From Alicyclobacillus sp. (GTDB lineage Bacteria; Bacillota; Bacilli; Alicyclobacillales; Alicyclobacillaceae), in the NCBI GenBank assembly GCA_023512635.1, contig JAILZF010000001.1, positions 1 through 55,724 on the forward strand: a stretch of 55,724 nt of DNA, given 5' to 3'. Shown here in pieces: positions 38,171-48,500 of this stretch (position 1 is its first letter; every line of letters begins with the position of its first letter). Under the pieces are notes generated by a model, which was not told the DNA's origin, did no database searches, and saw only the letters and a program-made list of their open reading frames with translations. The position numbers and the translations under genes were made by a program.

Positions 38171-39658
38171 TCACGACACCGGTTGGGTTTGGAACTTTGC
38201 CAACGCCGCAGCAAACGACTGCATCAGCGCGCGGCGGGCCGCCTCGTAAGCACTGGCATCCGGGAAGCCCAAGCGGGGTTGCAAATACTCTGCCGGGACA
38301 TCCGGCAACGACACCGGCACGTTCAGGAACAATCCCTCGTCGCGCGTCGTAGGCACGTTCAGCAGCTCGCCGGAAATCGCTTGGCGCACCAGCTGCCGCG
38401 TCAACGCCAGTGGCATGCGCGGGGCATGGGCAATGCCACCACCTGCCCAACCCGTGTTGACCAAATAGACCGGGACCTGATGGCGTTGGATCTTTTCCAT
38501 GAGCATTTCTGCGTAACGAACCGGCCGGTCGGTCAAGAAAGGCGAACCGAAACACGCCGAGAACGTCGGTTCCGGGTCGACCACCCCCCGCTCCGTGCCC
38601 GCCAGTTTGCTGGTGTACCCGAGCAAAAAGTGTTTGCGGGCGTCCTCCGGTGACAGCCGGGCAATGGCTGGTAGTACGCCAGAGGCGTCGGCCGACAAAA
38701 AGACAATGGCCTGCGGATGACCACCCCGACCGGTCGGTTCAAAATTGCGAATAAAAGAAAGGGGATACGCTGCGCGCGTGTTTTCGGTCAGCGTACGGTC
38801 ACTGTACAAGGGTTGCCGTTGGCTGTCGTACACCACGTTTTCCAGCACGGTGCCAAACCGGATGGCGTGGTAGATGTCCGGCTCCCGGTCTTCCGTTAAG
38901 TCGATGCACTTCGCGTAGCAGCCGTTTTCCATGTTAAATACGCCGTGATCGCCCCAACCGTGCTCGTCGTCGCCAATCAATCGGCGCTGCGGGTCGGCTG
39001 ACAGGGTGGTCTTGCCCGTCCCTGACAAACCGAAAAAGAGGGCCACGTCCCCCTGTTCCCCCACCGTCGCCGAACAGTGCATCGGTACCACGCCGCGTTC
39101 CGCCAATTCGTGGTGCATCAGCGTGAAAATCGACTTTTTCAGCTCCCCGGCGTACTCCGTGCCGCCAATCAAAACAATGCCGCGCTCCAAGTGAATAACA
39201 ATAAATGTCTCTGTCCGGGTCCCGTCCGTCACCGGGTCTGCCTGCAAGGTCGGCACGCCGTACACCGTGTACCGCGGGGTTTGTCCCGGCGTTCCAGGCA
39301 AAAACAGCTGCTGCACAAACAGGTTGTGCCATGCAAACTCCGTGTAAAACCGGACGGGAACGCGGTACGCAGGGTCGTGATTGACCGCCCCGTCAAACAC
39401 AAACGCCCCTTTTTCTTGCAGATGCGCTTGCACCTTGGCCAACAACCGCTCAAACTGCTCCTCGCTCAACCAGCGGTGTTGCTCGCGGGGCAGGGGACAG
39501 CCCTCGTACGCGACGAAGAACTTGTCCTGGGGCGAGCGTCCCGTGTACTTGCCCGTGCGGGCGCAGAGTGCGCCGTTGGCCAACAGCACCGCCTCCCGGC
39601 GCTGCAAGGCGGCCTCCACCAACTCCACCGGGGACAGTCGCTGCTCATGAAGGGTCAC
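38171..39658 (-). CDS. pckA: phosphoenolpyruvate carboxykinase (ATP)
   Basis: TGRSPQDK, YAGELKKSIF, MHCSA, FFGLSGTGKTTLS, LIGDDEHGW and TENTR motifs. Confidence 0.96.
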   Translation of the reverse strand: MTLHEQRLSPVELVEAALQRREAVLLANGALCARTGKYTGRSPQDKFFVAYEGCPLPREQHRWLSEEQFERLLAKVQAHLQEKGAFVFDGAVNHDPAYRVPVRFYTEFAWHNLFVQQLFLPGTPGQTPRYTVYGVPTLQADPVTDGTRTETFIVIHLERGIVLIGGTEYAGELKKSIFTLMHHELAERGVVPMHCSATVGEQGDVALFFGLSGTGKTTLSADPQRRLIGDDEHGWGDHGVFNMENGCYAKCIDLTEDREPDIYHAIRFGTVLENVVYDSQRQPLYSDRTLTENTRAAYPLSFIRNFEPTGRGGHPQAIVFLSADASGVLPAIARLSPEDARKHFLLGYTSKLAGTERGVVDPEPTFSACFGSPFLTDRPVRYAEMLMEKIQRHQVPVYLVNTGWAGGGIAHAPRMPLALTRQLVRQAISGELLNVPTTRDEGLFLNVPVSLPDVPAEYLQPRLGFPDASAYEAARRALMQSFAAALAKFQTQPVS

Positions 39659-39738
39659 GCCGCTCACTCCTTTTCCACCGCTAATGCCGTTATTATGACA
39701 TCCGACAAGGCTCCTTTCCAGACTTTTTGCTACACTTT

Positions 39739-40668
39739 TTAGCCTTTTTTTAAAGAGTTGCGGCGCAAGGCGCGCTGGTAGTGCCGCCAACGCAACTCCA
39801 TCCGGCGCGCCAACTCCGGCTGGGACCGCAGCTTTTTCATCAGTGCGTGACTGGGGGCGGTATTCTCCTCCAGCAGCCAGACCCGCCCTTGCCGGTCAAC
39901 AGCCATGTCAAACCCGAGCTCGCGATATAACTGGTAACCGTCAAAGTGGCGGGCAGCTGTCATCGCCAACCGCACCATCCGCTGCAAGCATTGCTGGGCT
40001 CGCTTTCGTGACCACCCCAGCCCTTGCTGCAAGACCCACTGTGGATCACAAACCCGGCCACGGCTGAGTGCGATGTTGGTGACCACGCTGCCAGCCCCGG
40101 CCACCTTCGCCACCGTCCCGGTGTACAGCCAGGGCCCGCCAGGTTGGTCACGCTGGACGAGCACGCGAAAGTCGACCGGTCGGCCGTGCAAACGGACGAC
40201 ATCAACCGCCTGTTGCACAATGTGCAAACGTCCGCCCTGGACACGGGCGAGCCAACGCACCAGGTCGGGCCAGCGCCGAAAGGAGCGCGGCTGCTGGACA
40301 GTATGGTGCACCCAGTAGCGGCCCTCCGCCTGCCATACCTTGATCACACCGCGGCCGCGGCTGCCCGCGCTGGGCTTGACAAAGACCGCACCATGCGCCT
40401 GCAGCATACGCTGCAGTGCCGCCGGCGAATAACGCGCCGTTTGCGGCAAAAATCGGCGTACCGTCGTGTTTCGGGCAAACCAACGCCACAGTGCAAACTT
40501 GCCCAGCTCCGGTTTCCGGCCAGTCCGGCTTGTTTTGCGCAGAGCCGGGGACGCCGGCCGGATCTGCCGGGAGGTTGCAAACCCGCGCGGCCGCCGCAGG
40601 CCCCGGTCGGTGGCCGGACGGGTGGTGATGCTGGCTGCACGGTGCAGTTGAGACGTGGGTTTCTGCAT
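39739..40668 (-). CDS. YheC/YheD family ATP-grasp protein
   Basis: FVKP..GS.G.G, DFRVLVQ, VTN and GFDMAVD..G.VWLLEEN motifs; Arg-rich N-terminus. Confidence 0.88.
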   Translation of the reverse strand: MQKPTSQLHRAASITTRPATDRGLRRPRGFATSRQIRPASPALRKTSRTGRKPELGKFALWRWFARNTTVRRFLPQTARYSPAALQRMLQAHGAVFVKPSAGSRGRGVIKVWQAEGRYWVHHTVQQPRSFRRWPDLVRWLARVQGGRLHIVQQAVDVVRLHGRPVDFRVLVQRDQPGGPWLYTGTVAKVAGAGSVVTNIALSRGRVCDPQWVLQQGLGWSRKRAQQCLQRMVRLAMTAARHFDGYQLYRELGFDMAVDRQGRVWLLEENTAPSHALMKKLRSQPELARRMELRWRHYQRALRRNSLKKG

Positions 40669-40884
40669 GACCAGACCCCCTTGCAATCCTCGTTGCAAGC
40701 TGCACCAGCGTATGCGTGCTTCGACCCGCGTGGATGTGCGGACGCAGGGGTGGAAAGGGACTCCCCATAAGAATCAGGGATGGAAGTCCCCCAGGAGTCG
40801 ACAGGATTTTGCCGGCGGGATTCTGTATGATGGAGAGAAGAAGCCCATGCCACCCCGCGGGCCGGGGGAAGGGGGAGTCAGCCC

Positions 40885-41805
40885 GTGAACGTGTGCGTGA
40901 TTGGGGCGGGAGCTGTCGGCGGTTACTTTGGCGCAAGATTGGCTGAACACGGCGTCCCCGTGACGTTTTTGGTGCGCCCTGGCCGCTTGCAGCAGCTGCA
41001 AACACGCGGATTGCGCGTCTTGAGTCCATATGGGGACGTGGTTTTGTCCCCGCAACTGGCTGTGCACCCGGAGTCGGTGCAGGAGCCAGGCCTCGTTCTG
41101 TTAGCCGTTAAAAACTACCACCTGGAAGGGGTCCTCCCCAGCCTGTCGGTGTTGGCCAGCCGAGGGGCTTGGGTATTGCCTCTTTTGAACGGCATTCGCC
41201 ACCTGGACGTCCTGCGCTCCGTGGTCCCTGCGCCACAGCTGTTGGGCGGCACCTGTCATATCGAGGCCACCTTAAACGAGCACGGCGATGTTGTCCACTC
41301 CAACACGCTGCAACATGTGATCTTCGGGCCGTTGCCCAAGACCGACCGGAGCCGCTTGCCCGAGATTGAAACCACCTTGCAAAAGGGAGGCTTCCCCGTC
41401 AAGCGCAGCGAGACGGTGGAAATCGACATGTGGACCAAATACATCTGCCTGGCCACGCTCAGCGGGTTGACGTCTGCCGTGCGCCGTCCCATTGGCGATA
41501 TTTTGGCCGATCCGCCCGCCGCCGCTTTGCTGCAGCAGTTTGTCGAAGAAATCAGCACCATCGCCCGCGCTGCCCATCCGTCCCTGCCTGCCGACATCGG
41601 CGCCAAAGCCCTGCGCTGGGTACGCTCACTTCCGCCCGCCATGACGTCAAGCATGCACCGTGACTTGGAAAAAGGCTTGCCGTTGGAGTTGGAAAGCCTG
41701 CAAGGGGTCCTGCTTGAACTCGCCCAGCAACACCGTCTGCCAGCGCCCGCTCTGCACACGGTGTACGCCCTTCTGCACCCGTATGCCCACGGCCGGCGGC
41801 CTTGA
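40885..41805 (+). CDS. panE: ketopantoate reductase family protein
   Basis: GAGAVGG, VKNY, LLNG, WTK, SSMHRD and LELE motifs. Confidence 0.88.
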   Translation: MNVCVIGAGAVGGYFGARLAEHGVPVTFLVRPGRLQQLQTRGLRVLSPYGDVVLSPQLAVHPESVQEPGLVLLAVKNYHLEGVLPSLSVLASRGAWVLPLLNGIRHLDVLRSVVPAPQLLGGTCHIEATLNEHGDVVHSNTLQHVIFGPLPKTDRSRLPEIETTLQKGGFPVKRSETVEIDMWTKYICLATLSGLTSAVRRPIGDILADPPAAALLQQFVEEISTIARAAHPSLPADIGAKALRWVRSLPPAMTSSMHRDLEKGLPLELESLQGVLLELAQQHRLPAPALHTVYALLHPYAHGRRP

Positions 41806-41867
41806 TCACAGCCGGGGTCGCCGGTCGAGCGCCGTGTCCGCCCTGACCACCGCAGCGCGCGGCAGCG

Positions 41868-42224
41868 TCAGACCCTGTCAGTCCCCGGCGAAGAGGCAGA
41901 CTCCGGCCACAGGACAGCCACCTGGGCAGCGAGATCCTGAGCGAATGCCGCCAGCGCGGGCCCTGGGTTGGCCAGGTCCGAATGGGCAAACTCGCGCACC
42001 CATGGCCCGCCGCGAAACGGTGCCACCGGGTGAGGCGCTACCCGGACAAGGTAGTGCGCCTCACCCTTGCCTGCAACCGGCCCGGTGGCCGGTTCTGCAG
42101 CCACCTGATTCGGCAATTGACGAATGGTACGCACCAAGACGTTGGCCACGCGCGGTGGCAGAACCGACACCAACTCCATATCGGCCAACGGGAAGCGTGT
42201 AAACAGCCACGTCCATTCCGCCAT
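41868..42224 (-). CDS. hypothetical protein (118 aa)
   Basis: AAGGAGGAGG RBS before ATG; fills the intergenic gap. Confidence 0.65.
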   Translation of the reverse strand: MAEWTWLFTRFPLADMELVSVLPPRVANVLVRTIRQLPNQVAAEPATGPVAGKGEAHYLVRVAPHPVAPFRGGPWVREFAHSDLANPGPALAAFAQDLAAQVAVLWPESASSPGTDRV

Positions 42225-42446
42225 GGACCCTCCTCCTTTGCCGGGTGTTCGCCTGCTTGCGCCCACTGGCCCGCCCAGGGCCTGCCGGCCTTGACCCTCT
42301 GCCAGTTCACCGGTAAGTTACCGCCTTGCGGTGCGCACGCCAGGCGTACCCTGTTCGTTCGTCCTGCCATTTCCATGGAAAATGATGAACCTGTTCAAGC
42401 GACATCCCCCTGTGGTAGGCTGTTCTACAACGGAGGTGGTCGGTTC

Positions 42447-43367
42447 GTGCTTTCGCGCAAATGGGGGTGGCTTTGGCCAGCCCTGGTGGCTGCCGCAGCG
42501 GCAGCCGGACACTGGACATCCCATCAGGCCCACTCTGGGTTGGCAGAACCCCCTGCCCGTCTGGCTGCGACAGCGGCCAGGTCAGCTGTGCCTGCCGAAG
42601 AGCCGTGGTTGCAACCGGCTGCGGGCACTCCTGCAGCCGGCCCAACCACCCTCGCCGCCAGTCTGAGCCTGGCTGGCCGCAGCGCTGGGCTGCTGGCTGT
42701 TGCCCAATCTGCGTCACCTGCCTCTCGCTTGGCGCAGGCCAGCCTGTGGTCGCTCTTGCCAGGCAGCGCCGGGGGTCACCCGGTGGCGTCCGCCCCCGTC
42801 GAAACGTCTGCCGCTGCCGCGGCCGCCACGGCTCACCCTGCGGCGGCGCCAGAGACTTCTGCGCAGGTCCCAACGCAGGCTGTCCCGGCTCACGCAGCCA
42901 GCCACCGTCCAGCAGCCGTCAACGCTTCCTCCCCGGCTGCCTCCACCCGCACCGCATCCGCAACGGCGGCCCACACAGGCCAAGGGGCGGAGCCGAGCCA
43001 GGATGACCTGTATTGGCTAGCACACGTGATAGAGGCGGAAGCGGGCGCAGAACCCATGAACGTAAAAATTGCCGTCGGAGACGTGGTGCTCAACCGCATG
43101 CACAACCCAGATTACCCCCATACCCTGAAAGGGGTGGTGTTTCAGGTGGTGCAGGGTCACTACGCCTTTGAATCCGTCCAAAACGGGTATATTTATACCC
43201 AGCCGTCTGACGCGTCCTGGCAAGCGGCCCGGTCTGTCCTGTATGATCACGTCAACCTGATGCCGGATGCCCTGGTGTTTTACAACCCGCAGCAGACTCC
43301 GCCCGGCAACTGGGTGTGGAGCCGGCCTGTGGTCGCACAGCTCGGCGACTTCGTGTTTGCTCGCTGA
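42447..43367 (+). CDS. cell wall hydrolase (SleB/CwlJ Hydrolase_2 domain) with Ala/Pro-rich linker
   Basis: Signal peptide; LA..IEAEA..E, VG.VVLNR...YP.T...V.FQ and ALVFYNP motifs. Confidence 0.88.
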   Translation: MLSRKWGWLWPALVAAAAAAGHWTSHQAHSGLAEPPARLAATAARSAVPAEEPWLQPAAGTPAAGPTTLAASLSLAGRSAGLLAVAQSASPASRLAQASLWSLLPGSAGGHPVASAPVETSAAAAAATAHPAAAPETSAQVPTQAVPAHAASHRPAAVNASSPAASTRTASATAAHTGQGAEPSQDDLYWLAHVIEAEAGAEPMNVKIAVGDVVLNRMHNPDYPHTLKGVVFQVVQGHYAFESVQNGYIYTQPSDASWQAARSVLYDHVNLMPDALVFYNPQQTPPGNWVWSRPVVAQLGDFVFAR

Positions 43368-43442
43368 CAGGATACTCCTGCCCGGGTGCCACAGCCGCAA
43401 GCCAGGCCGGCCCGAACAGCAAGTTCAGCGGGAGGAAACCCC

Positions 43443-43889
43443 GTGGACCCACGCCTGCTATCCTACGTCTACTGTTTTAATGTCACCGGCGACTACTTTG
43501 CCTGTCACGAATACGGCGAGCTGTTGTGGCTGGAAAGCGGCCGGCCGCTGGTCCTCAAAGGCTTGATCCAAGCGGCCGTCTGCCTCTACCACTTGTACAA
43601 CGGCAACCTGCGCGGCGGCTGGCGGATGTGGCAGCGCGCCCGTACCTACCTGGCAACCGCCGGGCCAGTTTACGAAGGGCTCGACCTGGAACAACTGCGG
43701 CTTGACCTGGACGCCGTCTGGGCACGCGTTCCCCCCGCTTTGCGCGAGGGCTCCGTCCCACCAGCGGAGGTCTGCCGTTGGCAGCTGCCACGCGTGACCC
43801 TCCGCGTGATCGACACTGCAGTGCAAGAGCGCCTGGCGACGTGGCAACTGCCGCCGCTGCCCGAAGCCCCAGACCGCCACGATGCCTAG
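43443..43889 (+). CDS. DUF309 family protein
   Basis: FN..GDYFACHE..E.LW and GLIQAAV.LYH...GN motifs. Confidence 0.88.
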   Translation: MDPRLLSYVYCFNVTGDYFACHEYGELLWLESGRPLVLKGLIQAAVCLYHLYNGNLRGGWRMWQRARTYLATAGPVYEGLDLEQLRLDLDAVWARVPPALREGSVPPAEVCRWQLPRVTLRVIDTAVQERLATWQLPPLPEAPDRHDA

Positions 43890-43901
43890 CCTGCCGGGCT
43901 G

Positions 43902-44135
43902 CTAGAGCCCGTGCTGAGTCTCAAACTGGTTGATGGCACCACACCGGGGGCACTGCAGCTGGACGGACAGGCCCACCTGGTTCTCGGGGTTGCGTGCCTT
44001 CGATAAAACGATGTCCGCGTGGGTTTCCGTCCCGTGCGAGACCACCAACCCGCCGCGGACATGGCCCACCCAGCTGACCGGCGACTGACACAGAAAGCAC
44101 GTGTGATGGCCGCGCACCGTTTCAAGCACTGGCAC
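43902..44135 (-). CDS. small two-CxxC (Zn-ribbon-like) hypothetical protein
   Basis: CFLC...CPRC; GGGAGG RBS; start GTG 44135 or 44129. Confidence 0.65.
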   Translation of the reverse strand: MPVLETVRGHHTCFLCQSPVSWVGHVRGGLVVSHGTETHADIVLSKARNPENQVGLSVQLQCPRCGAINQFETQHGL

Positions 44136-44190
44136 ATCCCTCCCGTGCACAGTGTCAGCTTGGTCCGCCGCGGCTATGCGGCCACCGCGC

Positions 44191-45411
44191 TCAAGACGAA
44201 CGGCGGCTCGGCGGGCCAGGGGCAGCAGGCAGGCGTACGGGCACGCGCCCATACGCCCACGCCGCTAAACCGCCGGTCAGCACGAGCAACGACCCGGTTA
44301 ACCAGAACACACTGTGCGTTCCCCACGCACCGCCTAAGTAACCACCTACCAACGGCCCCAGCGTGTTGCCCGCTTGATTGGCGGTTTGACTTAATCCAAA
44401 TGCCCGGCCGCGGAAGTCAGCCGAGCACGACTCCACCACCAGCCCTTGCAGAGCCGGAAACACTGCACAGAAAAACGCACCGTACACAAACCGCAGAGCA
44501 GCAAACCCCCAGACGTCGTGCACCACCACCTGGGCCAAATACCCTAGCCCCCCGCCCAGCAGTCCCACCACCAAGACCTTGCGAAACCCCACTTTGTCAG
44601 CCCATCGCCCCCAGCGCGGGGCAAACAAGACGCTGGCCACTCCTGCCAGGGAAAACGCGAGGCCAGCGTACAAAGAGGCGTTTTGCATGGACCCGCCTAG
44701 CTCTAAAATGTACAATGTCAAGACGGGCTCTACGGTCATAATGGAAAAGGTAGCCAACATGGTCAACCCTAACGCCAACAACAGCGGCCGGTTGGCCAGC
44801 GCTTGCTGCAGGGCGTCCAAAACGGAGCTGCGCGCCTGCCCTGGGGCAAACTTCTCCTCTTTCACGAAGCAAATGACAAGCAGCGCCGCCAGCAAAACCA
44901 GCAACCCAGCACAGGCAAACGCCCAGCGGTAGCCAAACAACCGGGCCAGGGCGCCGCCGAGCAGCGGGCCAAGAATGTTGCCGGCGGCACTCGCAGTGGA
45001 CAGCACGGACAAGGCATAGCCAACCCGCGACTCCGGCGTCTGAGTGGCAATCAAGGCCATGGACCCTGGGACAAACCCGGCAAGCACACCTTGCAGGATG
45101 CGGATGGCCAGCAATTGATACGGGTTGGTGACGAGGGCCGTCAACAGGTAAAGCACGCACAGCGACAGCCCCGCCCGGACAATCATCGGTTTGCGGCCGT
45201 ACTTGTCGGCCAAAGACCCCCAAAACGGGGCCGAAAGGGCGCCGGTCAAAAACGTCACGCTGTACAGCCAGCCAGCCCACGTCTCCACCTGTTGGTGCAT
45301 GCCCAACTGCAGCAAGAACAGGGGCAAAAACGGTACAACGATGGAGAAGCTGGCAGATGTGACGAGAACCCCAAACCACAACAGCCACAAATTTCGTTGC
45401 CAGGTTTCCAT
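44191..45411 (-). CDS. MFS multidrug efflux-type transporter (MdtG/DHA1-like)
   Basis: WQRNLW, PFLPLF, WGSLADKYGRK (motif A) and GPLLGG motifs; 12-TM pattern. Confidence 0.9.
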   Translation of the reverse strand: METWQRNLWLLWFGVLVTSASFSIVVPFLPLFLLQLGMHQQVETWAGWLYSVTFLTGALSAPFWGSLADKYGRKPMIVRAGLSLCVLYLLTALVTNPYQLLAIRILQGVLAGFVPGSMALIATQTPESRVGYALSVLSTASAAGNILGPLLGGALARLFGYRWAFACAGLLVLLAALLVICFVKEEKFAPGQARSSVLDALQQALANRPLLLALGLTMLATFSIMTVEPVLTLYILELGGSMQNASLYAGLAFSLAGVASVLFAPRWGRWADKVGFRKVLVVGLLGGGLGYLAQVVVHDVWGFAALRFVYGAFFCAVFPALQGLVVESCSADFRGRAFGLSQTANQAGNTLGPLVGGYLGGAWGTHSVFWLTGSLLVLTGGLAAWAYGRVPVRLPAAPGPPSRRSS

Positions 45412-45518
45412 GGTGGCCTCCGTCGTCTGGCCTGAAAGCACGGCCTGGTCTCCAAAACCCTCGTCACCCCAGCGTCCTTGCAGCCGCACGGCTGGCACGT
45501 TCTCACGCGGGTGCGCAC

Positions 45519-48500
45519 CTACGGCTGAGCAAACAACCCGCTCACGTCCACCTCGGGTGCCGCCACGGCCATGCGCGGCCGGACGAAGTACAGAAAAGCC
45601 TCGACCGGCTGCCCCAGAGCCGCTTCTGCGGCGGCGCGGTATACCGCCACTTGGGCAGCGTACTCTGCGGCCTGCTGCGGGACGTCCTCCGCCCGAATCC
45701 GGTCGGTCTTGTAATCCAACAGCAACCAGCGGCCACCTTCATCGGCCAGGCAATCCATAACCCCTTGGACCACCGCAAACGTATCGCCCACCTGAAGCCG
45801 CTGCAAAAACGGCAACTCGCGCCAGACCCGGCGGGCGCGCACCAAGCGCTGGCCCAGCGCAGACGTCAGCAGCGCCAAACAATCGTCCAACAGCGCTGCG
45901 TCTACGTGTTCGCGCCGCAACTCCCCTGCCGCCACCAAGGCTTGGGCACACGCAGCCACCGCCGCGGCCGGTGGCAAGGTCAGGTCTATCCGCTGCATCA
46001 TCCGGTGGAACGCCTCGCCTCGCTCGCGCGGCAGCGGCTCCCCAGCCCGGGCCAGCGCCGGGTCTTCCAACAGGTGCTCAAGCGCCGCAGGGTTTAACGC
46101 CATCCCTTGCCGGCCAGCGCCCGGTTGGCGGGCTGACCACACCCGGCGCAGGTCGGTGGCGGATAGTTTGCCCGGCAGCACGGCCGCAGGCGGCACCGGC
46201 GTCACCACCGTCAAACCGCTGCCAGCCCCCGCCAAGGCCTCTGCCGGCTTGACCCGTGCCGCCAACTGGGCGCGAATGGACGGCAGGTCGCCGCGTCGAA
46301 ACGCCTCCTCGTCCCAAGGTACAGGCGCAGCCTCTGTCCGCGTCATCCCGGGCAACTGCGGCAACGGCCTGCCAAGCACCCCCCACAAGTGTACGTGCAC
46401 AGCCACAGGCGCTGCCGCCAGTTCAGGGACCGGCGGAGTCAGCCCCGCCGCTTCCCCCAAGCCGGCTGCCGCCAGTGCGCGCAGCGGTTCCCCACTGACG
46501 TGGCGCATCCAAACCGGAACCAACCAGTCCAGCCAACTGCTCGCTTGCAACCGGTCTAATCCGTGTAGGACAGGTTCCGTCGTCTGCGCCACCTGCCACC
46601 AGCGGACAGCCCGCTGCACCAGTTTCTGCGCAGACCCAATCAAAACCAGGCGATCCCGCGCCCGTGTCATGGCCACGTACAAAATGCGCGCCTCCTCGGC
46701 CAGCGCTTCCAGGCGCTCCTGCGCCTCCACTGCCAACAGCGGCAGCGTTGGCCAGCGCTGCTCGCCCTCCCAGTCGACGCGCTCTGCGCCCAGTCCCAGG
46801 GTCCGGTGCAGGCGCACCCGTACCCCTTGCGCAGTGGGCGGCAACAACCCCTTGCCCAGGTCGAGCACCAGCACCACCGGGAACTCCAGTCCCTTGCTCT
46901 GGTGAATCGTCAGCACGCGCACCACGTCTTCGTTCTCACCAAGCGTGCGCGCCTCGCCTTCATCCCCTTCTGTCCGTACCTCGTCCACCCAGGCGTAAAA
47001 ACCAAACACCCCGCCCGCGTGGGCTCGGTCGTACGCCGTCGCCTTGTCAAGCAGCGCCCGCAGGTTGGCCACCCGGCCGTCCCCCCCGGGCATCCCGGCC
47101 ACGTAGTGCCACAGCCCGGTGTCGTCCAGCACTTGTTTCACCACGGCCGCTGCCGTACTGTGGCGGGCCAGTTCCCGCCAGCCGCGCAAGCGCCGCAACA
47201 ACGTCTGCACCTTGGCTACGAGCGCCGCGTGTGCGTCTGCCGGCGTCCGGCCGTCCCAACCCGGCAGGCCTGCCCAAGCCGCTTCCGTCTCCCCCCGGGC
47301 TACCCGCCGCAACGCCCTGTACACAGGTCCATGCCGCTGCGCCAAGCGAATCCGCGCCAACTCTTCGTCGTCAAAGCCAGCCAGCGGCGAGCGCAAGAGC
47401 GTCCACAGCGGCAAGTCGCGCAGTGGGTTGTCCAGCACGGCCAGCGCCGCCAACACCCACTGGACCTCGAGGGCCTGGTAAAAGCCCCTGCTGGCCTGTC
47501 CGTATGCCGGAATGCCCGCACGCTGCAACACCTCCAGCACCGTCTCCAGCTTGCCTTTGCTGGCACGCAACAGGATGGCGATATCGCGGTATTGCACCGG
47601 CCGCCAGGCGTTGGCCTTGCGGTCCCAGACCCGCAACGGCGGCTGCCCGTCCGCCCCTTGCCAGGCGCGGATGCGCGCCGCTGCCACCAACGCCTCTTTT
47701 TCTAACGCCGCGCGCTCGGCCCATTCTTGGACTTCCGGGTCGATCCCGCTGTCCTCCGCGTCTGCTTCACGGGTGGCACCGCCCTCGCTCTCCGGCCCTG
47801 ACCCGTGATCTGCCAAGTCAGCCGCCGCGGCGCTGGCCAAAGCAGACGCCGCATGGCGTTCCACCAGGTGCAGTTCCAGGACGGCCTCGGTGCCCTCTCC
47901 CGCCGGCGGCAGCGTCCGCGCAGGGGTCATCGCCCCTTCCGTCCGGTAGTCCACGCCGCCCAACTCTGGGGTCAGGAGCTGGGCAAACACAAAGTTTACC
48001 GCCTCCACCAGCTCTGGCCGGCTGCGGTAGTTGTCTGTTAAATCAAGCGCCTGCCCGCCCTGTCGGCGCTGGTAGGCCCGGTATTTAGCTACAAACAGGT
48101 TAGGTTCGGCCATACGGAAGCGGTATATGCTTTGCTTCACATCCCCAACGGCGAAAACATTGCCCTCCGGGCGGGCGACGGCTGCTAAGATGGCCTCTTG
48201 AATGGGGCTTGTGTCCTGGTACTCATCCACGTACACTTCCACAAACCGGGCTTGTAACTGTGCGGCCTCGCCGCTGTCCGGCTGGCACAGCACCTGAAAC
48301 GCCAGGTGCTCCAAGTCGTCAAAGTCAAGCCGCCCCGTCTGCCGCTTGCGCTCGCTGTATGCCCGCTGAAACGCTAGCACCAGCCCCAGCAACGCCGCCA
48401 CGAGCGGTGCCTGGCTGGCCACGTCCTGGCGGAACGCGTCCACCCCCCGGCTGATCAGCGTCCACAGCTCATCCAGCTGTTCGCGCACACGCTTGCGCAG

